Shown piece after piece: positions 22,656-31,664 of a DNA stretch of 32,818 nucleotides. Numbering within the stretch: the first letter of the stretch is position 1; every line of letters starts with the position of its first letter. The notes under the pieces were generated by a model. It saw only the letters and a program-made list of their open reading frames with translations. It made no database searches and was not told where the DNA came from. The position numbers and the translations under genes are program-made. Source of the stretch: Desulfuromonadaceae bacterium (GTDB lineage: Bacteria; Desulfobacterota; Desulfuromonadia; Desulfuromonadales; BM103); NCBI GenBank assembly GCA_041310635.1, contig JBFYXI010000019.1:1-32818 (forward strand). The letters are read 5' to 3'.

Positions 22656-22729
22656 AAAATCTTTTACAGCATAGAGTTTTATGGGTCGGGTAAGACCCAT
22701 GGGACGTCTGCTGTTTGCAGGAGTTTGCC

Positions 22730-24003
22730 ATGCAAGTTCTGGTAATCGGCGGGGGTGGGCGCGAGCATGCGCTGGTCTGGAAGATCGCCCAGTCGCCGCT
22801 GGTCAAGAAGGTCTACTGCGCCCCCGGCAACCCCGGCACCGCACAACTGGCGGAAAATGTCGCGCTACAGGCTGACGACCTCGACGGCCTGCTGGCCTTC
22901 GCCAGGAGCGAAGCCATCGACCTCACCGTGGTCGGCCCGGAATTGCCGCTGTCTCTCGGCATCGTCGATCGCTTCGAGGAACAGGGGCTGACGATCTTCG
23001 GTGCCCGCCGCAGTGCGGCGATCATCGAGGCGAGCAAGGCTTTTGCCAAAAACCTGATGAAGAAATACCAGGTACCAACCGCCTTCTACGAGGTCTTCAC
23101 CGAGGTCGAGCCGGCCCTGGCCTACATTGACCAGCATGGCGCGCCGATCGTCGTCAAGGCAGACGGCCTTGCGGCCGGCAAGGGAGTGATCGTCGCCCGT
23201 AGCGTCGCGGAAGTCAGACGGCGGTGCGCGACATGCTCTCCGGCAACGCCTTCGGCGCGGCCGGCTCGCAGGTGGTCATCGAGGAGTTCTTGGACGGTGA
23301 GGAAGCCTCGTTTCTGGTCTTCACCGACGGGAAGAACATCATCCCTCTGGCCAGCGCCCAGGACCACAAGCCGGTCTTCGACGATGACCGAGGGCCGAAC
23401 ACCGGCGGCATGGGGGCCTACTCCCCGGCGCCGGTGGTCACCCCGGCCGTTCACGAACAAGCCATGCAACAGGTGCTGCGCCGGGCCATCGATGGCATGG
23501 CCGCAGAAGGGCGGCCTTATCGGGGCGTGCTCTATGCGGGGCTGATGATCAAGGGGGAGAGCGTCAAGACCCTCGAGTTCAATGCCCGTTTCGGCGATCC
23601 CGAGTGCCAGCCGCTGTTGATGCGCCTCAAGTCAGACCTGGTGCCGGTGCTGCTGGCCTGTGCCCGCGGCGATCTCTCCGGCATCGAACTGGATTGGCAT
23701 GACCAGGCGGCGGTCTGCGTGGTCATGGCCTCCGGCGGCTATCCCGGCGAGTTCGCCAAGGGTCTGCCGATCACCGGCCTCGAGCAGGCGGCGCAGATCG
23801 ATGATCTGGTGGTGTTCCATGCCGGCACCGCCGAACAGGGCGGGCAGATCGTCAACCACGGCGGCCGGGTTCTCGGCGTCACCGGTCGCGGGCCAACGGT
23901 GGCCGCTGCCATTGACAAGGCCTACCAGGGGGTGCGCGCCATTACCTGGGAGGGCGCACATTTTAGGACCGATATCGGCAGAAAGGCATTAACCAAGGGC
24001 TAG
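22730..24003 (+). pseudogene. purD: Phosphoribosylamine--glycine ligase (purD) with an apparent 1-nt deletion near 23212-23216
   Basis: The N-terminal part is MQVLVIGGGGREHAL...KADGLAAGKGVIVARSVAE, in the frame of 22730. The C-terminal part, (A)QTAVRDMLSGNAFGAAG...GGMGAYSP...RTDIGRKAL, continues in the frame of 23224. One extra base after GAAG would restore ...VAEAQTAVRDML. Confidence 0.85.
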
Positions 24004-24040
24004 AGGCTGGGGGCTGGTTTTGCCAGTCCCTAACCCCTAG
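24000..24040. repeat. Heptamer-phased hairpin: CTAGAGG CTGGGGG CTGG TTTTG CCAGTCC CTAACCC CTAG
   Basis: The arms at 24000-24017 and 24023-24040 are complementary at about 14/18 around the conserved GGTTTTGCCAG apex. The first CTAG contains the purD stop codon. Confidence 0.8.
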
Positions 24041-24071
24041 TCCCCCGCCCAGGACTTAAAAGGAGCATATC

Positions 24072-24593
24072 ATGTCCAACCAACCCCTCGTCTCCATCCT
24101 GATGGGCAGCGATTCCGATTACGAGATCATGGTCGAGGCGGCCAAGGCCCTTGACCAGTTCGGGGTGCCGTTTGAGATGACGGTTTCCAGCGCCCACCGC
24201 ACCCCGGAGCGCACCGCCAACATCGTCCGCGGGGCGCGGGAACGTGGCGTCAAGGTGCTCATCGCCGGTGCCGGGGCCGCGGCCCACCTGGCCGGGGTGG
24301 TGGCGGCCGAAACCACGCTGCCGGTCATTGCCGTGCCGATCGACTGCACCTCGCTGCATGGTCTTGACGCCCTGCTCGCCATGGTACAGATGCCGGCCGG
24401 CATTCCGGTGGCGACCGTGGCGATCGGCAAGGCCGGCGCGCGCAATGCCGGCATCCTGGCCGTGCAGATGCTGGCCCTCAACGATGCCGACCTGACCCGC
24501 CGGCTGGTCGAGTTCAAGGCGGAGATGGCGGTGGGGGTGGAGGCCAAGGCCAAGGTGCTCAAACGCCGGCTCGAGGAGGACTTCCCGCGCTGA
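24072..24593 (+). CDS. purE: N5-carboxyaminoimidazole ribonucleotide mutase
   Basis: 173 aa. It carries ILMGSDSD, SAHRTP and AGGAAHLAG-type motifs. Confidence 0.95.
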   Translation: MSNQPLVSILMGSDSDYEIMVEAAKALDQFGVPFEMTVSSAHRTPERTANIVRGARERGVKVLIAGAGAAAHLAGVVAAETTLPVIAVPIDCTSLHGLDALLAMVQMPAGIPVATVAIGKAGARNAGILAVQMLALNDADLTRRLVEFKAEMAVGVEAKAKVLKRRLEEDFPR

Positions 24594-24657
24594 GTCGGCG
24601 GTTTTGGTCAAAAGGGGCCATTTCGTCCGTGTCGCAGGCGCCGGCCACCGGTTTGCC

Positions 24658-24687
24658 TTGACACTGAAAAAAGACCCACAGTACACT
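24658..24687 (+). promoter_or_regulatory. Candidate sigma70 promoter TTGACA-18-TACACT upstream of resB
   Basis: The -35 is a consensus hexamer at 24658-24663. The -10-like hexamer is at 24682-24687. Confidence 0.4.
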
Positions 24688-24702
24688 GACCGAGTTAACG
24701 TC

Positions 24703-24745
24703 AGAGAGGGCTCGTGCGAACTGCCGCACTTCGCCCTCTCTTTTC
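24703..24745 (+). terminator. Terminator-like hairpin between purE and resB
   Basis: AGAGAGGGC (24703-24711) pairs perfectly with GCCCTCTCT (24733-24741). An inner GTGC/GCAC pairing adds to the stem. TTTC follows, and the resB RBS AGGAG sits directly downstream. Confidence 0.5.
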
Positions 24746-24757
24746 AGGAGACGCACT

Positions 24758-26128
24758 TTGAGCAATGAGCAAAATTTCGTCGATCGCCTCTGGGACTTTT
24801 TCTGTTCCCTGAAGCTGGCGATCACCACCCTGATCCTGCTGGCCCTGACCTCGATCCTCGGCACCGTCATCGAACAGGGCACCACCCCCGAGGAGCTGGC
24901 CGCCAAATCCGGCTGGAACCTCGACTTCCTGAAGTTCCTCGACAGAATCGACGCCTTCGGCATGTACCACTCCTGGTGGTTCCTGGGGCTGATGGGGCTG
25001 TTCGCCGTCAACCTGATCTGCTGTTCGATCAAGCGCTTCCCGCACGTCTGGAAGACCGTGCGCAATCCGAAGCTGGTCGCGGACGACGGCCATTTCCGCA
25101 CCCTGAGCAACGTCGAAGAGGTGGTGGTCGCCAAGGGAACGCTTGATGGCGTCCGCGACCAGGTGGTCACCCTCCTCAAGGGCAGTTTCGCCGCCCCGGT
25201 GGTCACCGAGCAAGACGGCAAGATCCACCTCTACGCCGAGAAGGGCGCGCTCTCTCGCTTCGGCGTTTACGTCACCCACTGCTCGATCCTGATCATCTTC
25301 CTCGGGGCGATGATCGGCAACATCTGGGGCTACAAGGCCTTCGTCAACATCACCGAAGGGGGGACCGTCAGCGAGGTCTGGAGCCGCAGCGGCCAGCAGG
25401 CGATCCCCCTCGGTTTTTCAGTGCGCTGCGACGATTTCAGCGTCAGCTTCTACGAAGGTACCCAGCGTCCCAAGCTCTACTCCAGCGACCTGGTGGTCCT
25501 GGAGAATGGTCAGGAGGTCCTGAAGAAGACCATCGTGGTCAATGACCCGCTGAACTACAAGGGGTTGACCTTCTACCAGTCCAGCTACGGGTCGGCCGGC
25601 GATCCTCAGTTCCTGCTGCGCGTCCGTGAGCGGGCCACCGGCCAGGTTGTCGAAACCGTTGCCAAGATGGGGCAGCGTCTGGCGCTGCCGGGGGGCGGGA
25701 CCTTTGCCGTCACCAACTTTGCCCAGAGCTACGATCGCTTCGGCCCGGCCGTGCAGATGCAGGTCAGCACCGCCGATGGCCGGCAAAGCAACCCGTTTCT
25801 CGTCCTGCAGAACTTTCCTGACTTCGATGCCCAGCGCGGCGGCGATCACATCTTCAGCCTGCTCGACCTGAAGCAGAGCTACTATACCGGCCTGCAGGTG
25901 GCCAAGGATCCGGGCGTGTGGGTGGTCTGGCTCGGCTGCTTCCTGATGGTGGTCGGCTCATGCGGGGCCTTCTTCCTCTCGCACCGGCGCCTGTGGGTGA
26001 CCATCCAGCCGCTGGCCAAGGGGGTCGGCGTCAAACTCGGCGGCAGCGCCCATCGCAATCAACCGGCCTTCGCCCTTTATTTCGACAGGCTCAAAAAGGA
26101 CCTCAACGATGCACTGGCTAAGCAATAG
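24758..26128 (+). CDS. resB: System II cytochrome c biogenesis protein ResB/Ccs1
   Basis: 456 aa. The N-terminal TM segment is LKLAITTLILLALTSILGTVIEQG. It has a large periplasmic domain and a C-terminal TM segment. ccsA follows. The start is TTG with an AGGAG RBS. Confidence 0.88.
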   Translation: MSNEQNFVDRLWDFFCSLKLAITTLILLALTSILGTVIEQGTTPEELAAKSGWNLDFLKFLDRIDAFGMYHSWWFLGLMGLFAVNLICCSIKRFPHVWKTVRNPKLVADDGHFRTLSNVEEVVVAKGTLDGVRDQVVTLLKGSFAAPVVTEQDGKIHLYAEKGALSRFGVYVTHCSILIIFLGAMIGNIWGYKAFVNITEGGTVSEVWSRSGQQAIPLGFSVRCDDFSVSFYEGTQRPKLYSSDLVVLENGQEVLKKTIVVNDPLNYKGLTFYQSSYGSAGDPQFLLRVRERATGQVVETVAKMGQRLALPGGGTFAVTNFAQSYDRFGPAVQMQVSTADGRQSNPFLVLQNFPDFDAQRGGDHIFSLLDLKQSYYTGLQVAKDPGVWVVWLGCFLMVVGSCGAFFLSHRRLWVTIQPLAKGVGVKLGGSAHRNQPAFALYFDRLKKDLNDALAKQ

Positions 26129-26158
26129 CCGGGTGCGCTTTTCGCGGGAGACGCTTCC

Positions 26159-27010
26159 ATGACCAGTTCGTTGTTCTTCAACCTCACGACCGTGGCCTAC
26201 TTCTCTGCCATGGCGGTCTTCATCCTCTATCTCAGTGCCAAGAGCGAAAAGATCGGTCTGGTCGCGACCGTCCTCAGCTGGGGCGGCTTCGCCGCCAACA
26301 CCATCGCCATCGGCCTGCGCTGGAGCGAGGCCTACGCCATGGGCTTCCAGCAGGCGCCGCTGTCGAACCTGTACGAATCGGTGGTGTTCTTCGCTTGGTC
26401 GATCCTGCTCATCTATCTGCTGTTCGACCTGAAGTACAAGTATCGCGCGATCGGCGCCTTTGTCCTCCCCTTCGCCTTTGCCGGGATGATCTGGGCGCAG
26501 TGGGGGCTCGACGCCACCATCGCGCCGCTGGTGCCGGCCCTGCAGAGCAACTGGCTGACCTACCACGTGATCACCTGCTTCCTCGGCTATGCGGCCTTCG
26601 CCATGGCCTGTGGCGTGTCGGTCATGTTCCTGATCAAGGTCGGCAAGGAGGATGCCGCTTCCGGCAACCCGGTGGGCGGCATCCTCGGCATGTTCCCGAG
26701 CGCCAAGGTGCTCGACGATCTCAACTACAAGGCAATCATGGTCGGCTTCCCGATGCTGACCCTGGGGATCATCACCGGTGCGGCCTGGGCCAACTACGCC
26801 TGGGGCACCTACTGGAGCTGGGACCCGAAGGAAACCTGGAGCCTGATTGTCTGGTTCATCTACGCCGCCTTCCTGCATGCCCGTTTCACCCGCGGCTGGG
26901 TCGGCCGGCGCGCCGCCTGGCTGTCGATCATCGGCTTCGCGGCAACGATTTTCTGCTACCTGGGGGTCAACCTGCTCCTTTCCGGCCTGCACTCCTACGG
27001 CGGGGGGTAG
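26159..27010 (+). CDS. ccsA: System II cytochrome c biogenesis protein CcsA/ResC (haem exporter/synthetase subunit)
   Basis: 283 aa and polytopic. It carries the WWD-type tryptophan-rich motif WGTYWSWDPKETWSL and conserved histidines. Confidence 0.92.
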   Translation: MTSSLFFNLTTVAYFSAMAVFILYLSAKSEKIGLVATVLSWGGFAANTIAIGLRWSEAYAMGFQQAPLSNLYESVVFFAWSILLIYLLFDLKYKYRAIGAFVLPFAFAGMIWAQWGLDATIAPLVPALQSNWLTYHVITCFLGYAAFAMACGVSVMFLIKVGKEDAASGNPVGGILGMFPSAKVLDDLNYKAIMVGFPMLTLGIITGAAWANYAWGTYWSWDPKETWSLIVWFIYAAFLHARFTRGWVGRRAAWLSIIGFAATIFCYLGVNLLLSGLHSYGGG

Positions 27011-27053
27011 TCTGGCAGACTCCCTGCCGTAAGCAGGGCAAGCGTACTCCCGG

Positions 27054-27094
27054 CGGGGCTGCGGCAGATGATGACTTCATCTGCCGCAGCCCCG
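27054..27094. other. Perfect 18-bp stem-loop downstream of ccsA
   Basis: CGGGGCTGCGGCAGATGA (27054-27071) pairs with TCATCTGCCGCAGCCCCG (27077-27094) around a 5-nt loop TGACT. No U-tract follows. Confidence 0.8.
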
Positions 27095-27152
27095 CAAACT
27101 TTATCGGGAGCGCCTCCGTCTGCGGGACGGCCACGGCGCTCAAGGCGGGCGA

Positions 27153-27896
27153 ATGATGGAGACCCTCGATTACCTGCAGGGCTTCGACCTGCAGCTGCCG
27201 CAGGCGCGCGACGGCTACCGCTTTTCCCTCGACCCCCTGTTGTTGTGCGACTTTGCCAAAATTGACGCGCGGGCCCGGGTGGTCGATCTCGGCACGGGGA
27301 GTGGCATCATTCCGCAGCTGCTGGCCAGGGCGGGGAAGGGGCGGGAGTGGCTCGGCCTCGAGCTGCAACCGGCCATGGTCGAACGGGCGCGGCGCAGCGT
27401 CAGTCTCAACGGACTGGAGAATGTGGTACGCATCGAGTTGGGCGACGTCCGCGCCCTGCCGGTCGACTGGCAGGGTGAAAGCGTCGAGGTGGTGATGACC
27501 AACCCGCCCTTCCGTCCACCGACGCGGGGCCGGGTCGCCCCCGGCGTCGAGCGGGGCCTGGCCCGTTTCGAACTGGCCGGCGGGCTGCCGGATTTCCTGC
27601 GGGCTGCCGCCTTTCTGCTCAGGAACGGCGGGCGTTTTTACCTGGTTTACCTTGCCGAACGCCTGGCCGAACTGCTCGACGGCATGCGCACCTACCGGCT
27701 TGAACCGAAGCGGCTGCGTCTGGTTCATTCGCGCGCCGGCGCGGCGGCCAAGCTGGTTCTGGTGGAGGGGCGCAAGAACGGCCGGCCAGGGGTGACGGTC
27801 GAAGCCCCGCTGATTGTCTATCGGGAGGGAAAAGCGCGGGAATATACGGCAGAGGCGCAGAGAATCGTGGCGGCGTCCCGCACGGAGGTCAGCTGA
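27153..27896 (+). CDS. Class I SAM-dependent methyltransferase, tRNA1(Val) m6A37 (TrmN6/YfiC)-like
   Basis: Motif I is VVDLGTGSGIIP and motif IV is VVMTNPPF. The length is about 247 aa. Confidence 0.75.
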   Translation: MMETLDYLQGFDLQLPQARDGYRFSLDPLLLCDFAKIDARARVVDLGTGSGIIPQLLARAGKGREWLGLELQPAMVERARRSVSLNGLENVVRIELGDVRALPVDWQGESVEVVMTNPPFRPPTRGRVAPGVERGLARFELAGGLPDFLRAAAFLLRNGGRFYLVYLAERLAELLDGMRTYRLEPKRLRLVHSRAGAAAKLVLVEGRKNGRPGVTVEAPLIVYREGKAREYTAEAQRIVAASRTEVS

Positions 27897-28392
27897 ATTC
27901 TCTGGCCCGCGTCAGGCGGGCCTGCTGCATCAGGAGGGTTTCCAGCTCCTGACGCAGTTCGGCGTCGCTGACTGTGGCCAGCAACGCCCGCATTTCGGCG
28001 ACCTCCTCGGCGGGCAGCACGACCCCCCGCCAGCGGGGCGCTTGTTTCAGGCCTGATGCTGCCGGGCGCGGCGCAATGCTGCCCCGCTTGAGAAATATCT
28101 CGCGCAGGCAGGCGTCGCCGAGCCGGGCATTGAGCTTGGCCAGGATCTGTGGCTTGAGCAGCTGCAGCTGCTGCATCCAGGTCGGCTGGTCGACGCCTAC
28201 CTCGAGAATGCCGTCGCGGATCCGGTCGGGCCTGGTATGCGCGGCGATCTGCGGCCCCACCACCTCGTCCCAGACCAGCATGGCCCGGTACTGGCGCAGA
28301 CGCTCGTCAAGTCCCCATCCCGCCAGCAGGGCATTGACCAGGTCCCCGGCCCGTGCCGCCCGACGCATGGGCGGGCGCCTGCCGCGACTCAC
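27889..28392 (-). CDS. DUF721 (DciA-like) domain protein
   Basis: The core is LRQYRAMLVWDEVVGPQIAAHTRPDRIRDGILEVGVDQPTWMQQLQLLKPQILAKLN. The start is GTG 28392, overlapping the upstream stop, or ATG 28368. The 3' end overlaps the convergent methyltransferase by 8 nt. Confidence 0.75.
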   Translation of the reverse strand: MSRGRRPPMRRAARAGDLVNALLAGWGLDERLRQYRAMLVWDEVVGPQIAAHTRPDRIRDGILEVGVDQPTWMQQLQLLKPQILAKLNARLGDACLREIFLKRGSIAPRPAASGLKQAPRWRGVVLPAEEVAEMRALLATVSDAELRQELETLLMQQARLTRAREFS

Positions 28393-28676
28393 CGGAATCT
28401 CCGGCGCCGGGCGCGGCTGCCGATGATCTGCCCGGCCAGCGCCAACGCGAGGGTGAAGGGGATCGCCCGCCAGCTGACGTCATTGGCGATGCGCAGGCCG
28501 ATGATGAAGGGGATCGACAGGTGGATGAAGACGAACCAGCGCAGCGAAAAGCGCGGCGCGCCCTCGCGCAGGTAGCCGAGAGGAATGTTGCTGAGAAGAG
28601 CAAACCCGAGGATGCCGAGCAGGGCGGGATCGAGCAGGTTGGGCAAGGGCGGGCCTTTCGAAGCCGATATCCGCAT
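28389..28676 (-). CDS. Small hydrophobic membrane protein, function unknown
   Basis: 95 aa with 2-3 predicted TM segments and a basic tail. Third codon positions are strongly GC-rich, like neighbouring genes. It is translationally coupled to the DUF721 gene. Confidence 0.6.
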   Translation of the reverse strand: MRISASKGPPLPNLLDPALLGILGFALLSNIPLGYLREGAPRFSLRWFVFIHLSIPFIIGLRIANDVSWRAIPFTLALALAGQIIGSRARRRRFR

Positions 28677-28860
28677 ACTTTAGTCGGCGGCGTTCCCGGC
28701 TGTCAATGTCGCAAGACGCCAGCCCCAGGGAGTCTTGGATTTTAAGTCCTGCATCTCGTGTCGCGAAATCTCGTGACGCGCATCAGTCTTGCGCCTGAAA
28801 CCTTCCCGGTGCTAAGGTTTAAAAGTTTGCCGGATCAGCCAGTTTTCGTGAGGTCGCGCC

Positions 28861-30216
28861 ATGGATCAGAAGCAACAGTTGCTGCTAGACACCACCCGCC
28901 GGCTGATCCGCCGCGGCGCTTTCCCCAACCTTGCCAAGGTTCTCGCCAAGTCGCACCCCGCCGACATTGCTGCCCTGTTCCGCTATCTCGACCTCAAGGA
29001 GCAGCGCATCCTTTTCAACCTGATCGAGGAAGCGGAAAAGAGCGCCTACGTCCTTTCTGAACTGGATCATGCCACCGGCGCCCAATTGCTCGAGCAGCTC
29101 GACAAGGAGACGATAACCGAAGTTCTGCAGGAGATGCCCTACGACGACGCCGTCGACATTATCCAGAACATGCCCGAGGAAGTCGCCGAAGCGCTGCTGA
29201 GTATCATGCAGGACGAAGACTCCGATGAGATCGAGCAGCTCCTGCAATACGGCGAGGACACCGCCGGCGGGATCATGGCCACCGAGTTCTTCGCCCTCGG
29301 CGAGGACGTCACGGTGCGCGAGGCGATTGAGGCGCTGCAAAAGGCCGAAGACCTCGAGATGGTCTTCTACGTCTACGTCATCAACGACCAGCAGCAACTG
29401 GTCGGAGTGCTATCCCTGCGCCAGTTGCTGACCGTGCCGCCGGAGTCGCCGCTCTGCCAGATCATGGCCACCGAAGTCATCAGCGTCGGTACCGGCATGG
29501 ACCAAGAGGAGGTAGCGCAGCAGGTGGCGCGTTACAACCTGTTGGCAGTCCCGGTCGTCGACGACAACAACCGGCTGGTCGGGATCGTCACCGTCGACGA
29601 CATCATCGACGTCTTGCGCGAGGAGGCTACCGAGGACATCTACAAGATGGCCGGCACCAGCGAGGAGGAACTGCTCTACGGGCACCGGTCGCTGAAGATT
29701 GCCCGCCTGCGCCTGCCGTGGCTGATCACCAGCCTGTTCGGCGGGGTGGTCACCGGCTACCTGATGTGGCTGTTCAAGGCGACCCTGGAGCAGATCATCG
29801 CGCTGGTCACCTTCGTGCCGGTCATCACCGGCATGGGCGGCAACGTCGGCGGCCAGTCGTCGACCATCGTGGTACGCGGCTTTGCCACCGGCCGCATCGA
29901 CTTCTCCATGCTGCGCCAGGTCTTTTTCAAGGAGCTGCGGGTCGGCCTGATCATGGGTGCCGTCTGCGGGGTGGTGGTCGGCCTGGTGGCGTTCATGTGG
30001 CACCACAATCCCTACCTCGGCGTCGTGGTCGGCCTGGCCATGGTCACCGCCATGGCCGTCGCGGCGAGCATGGGGGTGCTGGCCCCCAGCTTCTTCAAGA
30101 AGATCGGCATCGACCCGGCCATCGCCTCCAGCCCCTTCGTGCAGACCGCCAACGACATCTCCGGCATCCTCATCTACTTCGGCACCGCCACGCTGTTCCT
30201 CAACCTGCTGCATTGA
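28861..30216 (+). CDS. mgtE: Magnesium transporter MgtE
   Basis: 451 aa. It has an N-domain, tandem CBS domains (LLAVPVVDDNNRLVGIVTVDDIID) and a C-terminal TM domain with GMGGNVGGQS and ANDISGILIY. Confidence 0.95.
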   Translation: MDQKQQLLLDTTRRLIRRGAFPNLAKVLAKSHPADIAALFRYLDLKEQRILFNLIEEAEKSAYVLSELDHATGAQLLEQLDKETITEVLQEMPYDDAVDIIQNMPEEVAEALLSIMQDEDSDEIEQLLQYGEDTAGGIMATEFFALGEDVTVREAIEALQKAEDLEMVFYVYVINDQQQLVGVLSLRQLLTVPPESPLCQIMATEVISVGTGMDQEEVAQQVARYNLLAVPVVDDNNRLVGIVTVDDIIDVLREEATEDIYKMAGTSEEELLYGHRSLKIARLRLPWLITSLFGGVVTGYLMWLFKATLEQIIALVTFVPVITGMGGNVGGQSSTIVVRGFATGRIDFSMLRQVFFKELRVGLIMGAVCGVVVGLVAFMWHHNPYLGVVVGLAMVTAMAVAASMGVLAPSFFKKIGIDPAIASSPFVQTANDISGILIYFGTATLFLNLLH

Positions 30217-30233
30217 GGAGGTTTGTGAAATTT

Positions 30234-31549
30234 TAGCCTGTAAAATCCTTTGTGTAAATGGCCAGATTCGGTTACAACCCCCAACGACTGGAGGAACCGA
30301 TGGCCATTCCCGACGACCTGCTCACCGCCCTGATGAAGGATTACAGGAATCCTGAAGACCTCATCGGGGAGACCGGGCTCCTGAAGCAGCTGACCAAGCA
30401 ATTGTTGGAGCGCGCCATGCAGGCTGAGATAACCGACCATCTCGGCTATGAGAAGCACGCGCCGGCCGGCAAAAAGACCGACAATTCACGCAATGGCAGC
30501 TACAAGAAGCGCGTCAAGGGAGAGTTCGGCAATCTTGACATTGCCGTTCCCCGCGACCGGAACGCAACCTTCGAACCGATCATTCTCCCCAAGGGGCAGA
30601 GCCGCTTCGCCGGGTTCGACGACAAGATCATCGCTCTGTATGCCCGGGGGATGACCACCCGCGACATCCAGGCTCACTTGGAAGAGATGTACGGCGTCGA
30701 GATTTCACCGCCGCTGGTTTCGCAAGTGACCCAGGCGGTGCAGGAGGACATCATCCTCTGGCAGAACCGCCCCCTGGATGAAGTCTATCCCATCGTTTAC
30801 CTCGATGCTATCCGCGTCATGGTGCGCCATGATGGCCGGGTCATTAATAAGGCTGTCTACCTGGCCATTGGCGTCAATCTCGAAGGAATCAAGGACGTCC
30901 TCGGGATGTGGACCGCAGAAACCGAAGGCGCCAAGTTCTGGCTCCAGGTGGTGACCGAGCTGAAGAACCGTGGCGTTAAGGACATCTTCATTGCCTGCGT
31001 CGATGGGCTCAAGGGGTTCCTCGAGGCGATCGAGGCGGTCTTCCCACAGACCCAGAACCAGCTCTGCCTGGTGCACATGGTGCGGCACAGTCTGAACTAT
31101 GTCTCCTGGAAACAACGTAAAGAGGCCGCCGCTGATTTGAAGTCCATCTATCAGGCGCCGACCATTGAGCAGGCCGAGGTCCACTTGGCGCAGTTTGAAG
31201 CCAAGTGGGATGGCAGCCACCCGACGATCAGCCGCTCGTGGCGGCGCAACTGGGAACGCATTACCCCGTTGTTCTCTTACCCGCCGGCGATTCGCAAGGT
31301 GATTTACACGACCAACGCCATCGAGTCCGTAAACATGTCGCTGCGCAAGGTCACGAAGAACCGGGCTCGTTTCCCAACGACGACGCCATGTTCAAGCTGC
31401 TTTATCTGGCCCTGAAGAATATCTCCAAGAAATGGACCATGCCGATTCATGACTGGAAATCGGCATTGAATCAGTTTACGATCATCTTCGAAAACAGGAT
31501 GCCGCAACACTGACCGATTGACCGTTTACACACAATCCTTTACAGGCCC
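30234..31549 (+). mobile_element. IS256-family insertion sequence with probable 8-bp target duplication TGAAATTT
   Basis: The terminal inverted repeats are GCCTGTAAAATCCTTTGTGTAAA (from 30236) and the reverse complement of TTTACACACAATCCTTTACAGGC (ending 31547). TGAAATTT occurs at 30226-30233 and at 31550-31557. The insertion is 17 nt after the mgtE stop. Confidence 0.75.
30258..31513 (+). pseudogene. IS256-family (Mutator-type) transposase, frameshifted near 31363
   Basis: ORF 30258-31415 ends ...[20 protein letters not shown] and then goes out of frame. The conserved continuation [32 protein letters not shown] is in the frame of ORF 31205-31513. A GGG run at 31363-31365 would need a fourth G. 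Confidence 0.85.
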
Positions 31550-31664
31550 TGAAATTTATGGGAAATTTTGACCGATGAATACACGCCAGCCGTAAAGACG
31601 TGGATGGCTTGTCTTGTTTTGAACTGCCCATTTCCTGGGTTACTTACGGAGCCTCTCACTGTCT

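Noticed and set aside
22681-22700. A short hairpin ATGGGTC/GACCCAT between purH and purD, considered as a terminator.
   Set aside because: It has only 7 bp and no U-tract, and purD follows 30 nt later in what is probably the same operon. This is too weak to call.
27889-27896. The 8-nt overlap of the convergent methyltransferase and DUF721 gene ends, considered as a regulatory feature.
   Set aside because: Short convergent overlaps are common in compact genomes and there is no associated structure. The CTGAATTC here appears coincidental.
28677-28860. An M-box (ykoK) Mg riboswitch upstream of mgtE.
   Set aside because: I could not find the conserved M-box cores (for example the GGUGAGGC-type 5' segment) on the mgtE strand. 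A covariance-model scan would be needed to exclude it formally.
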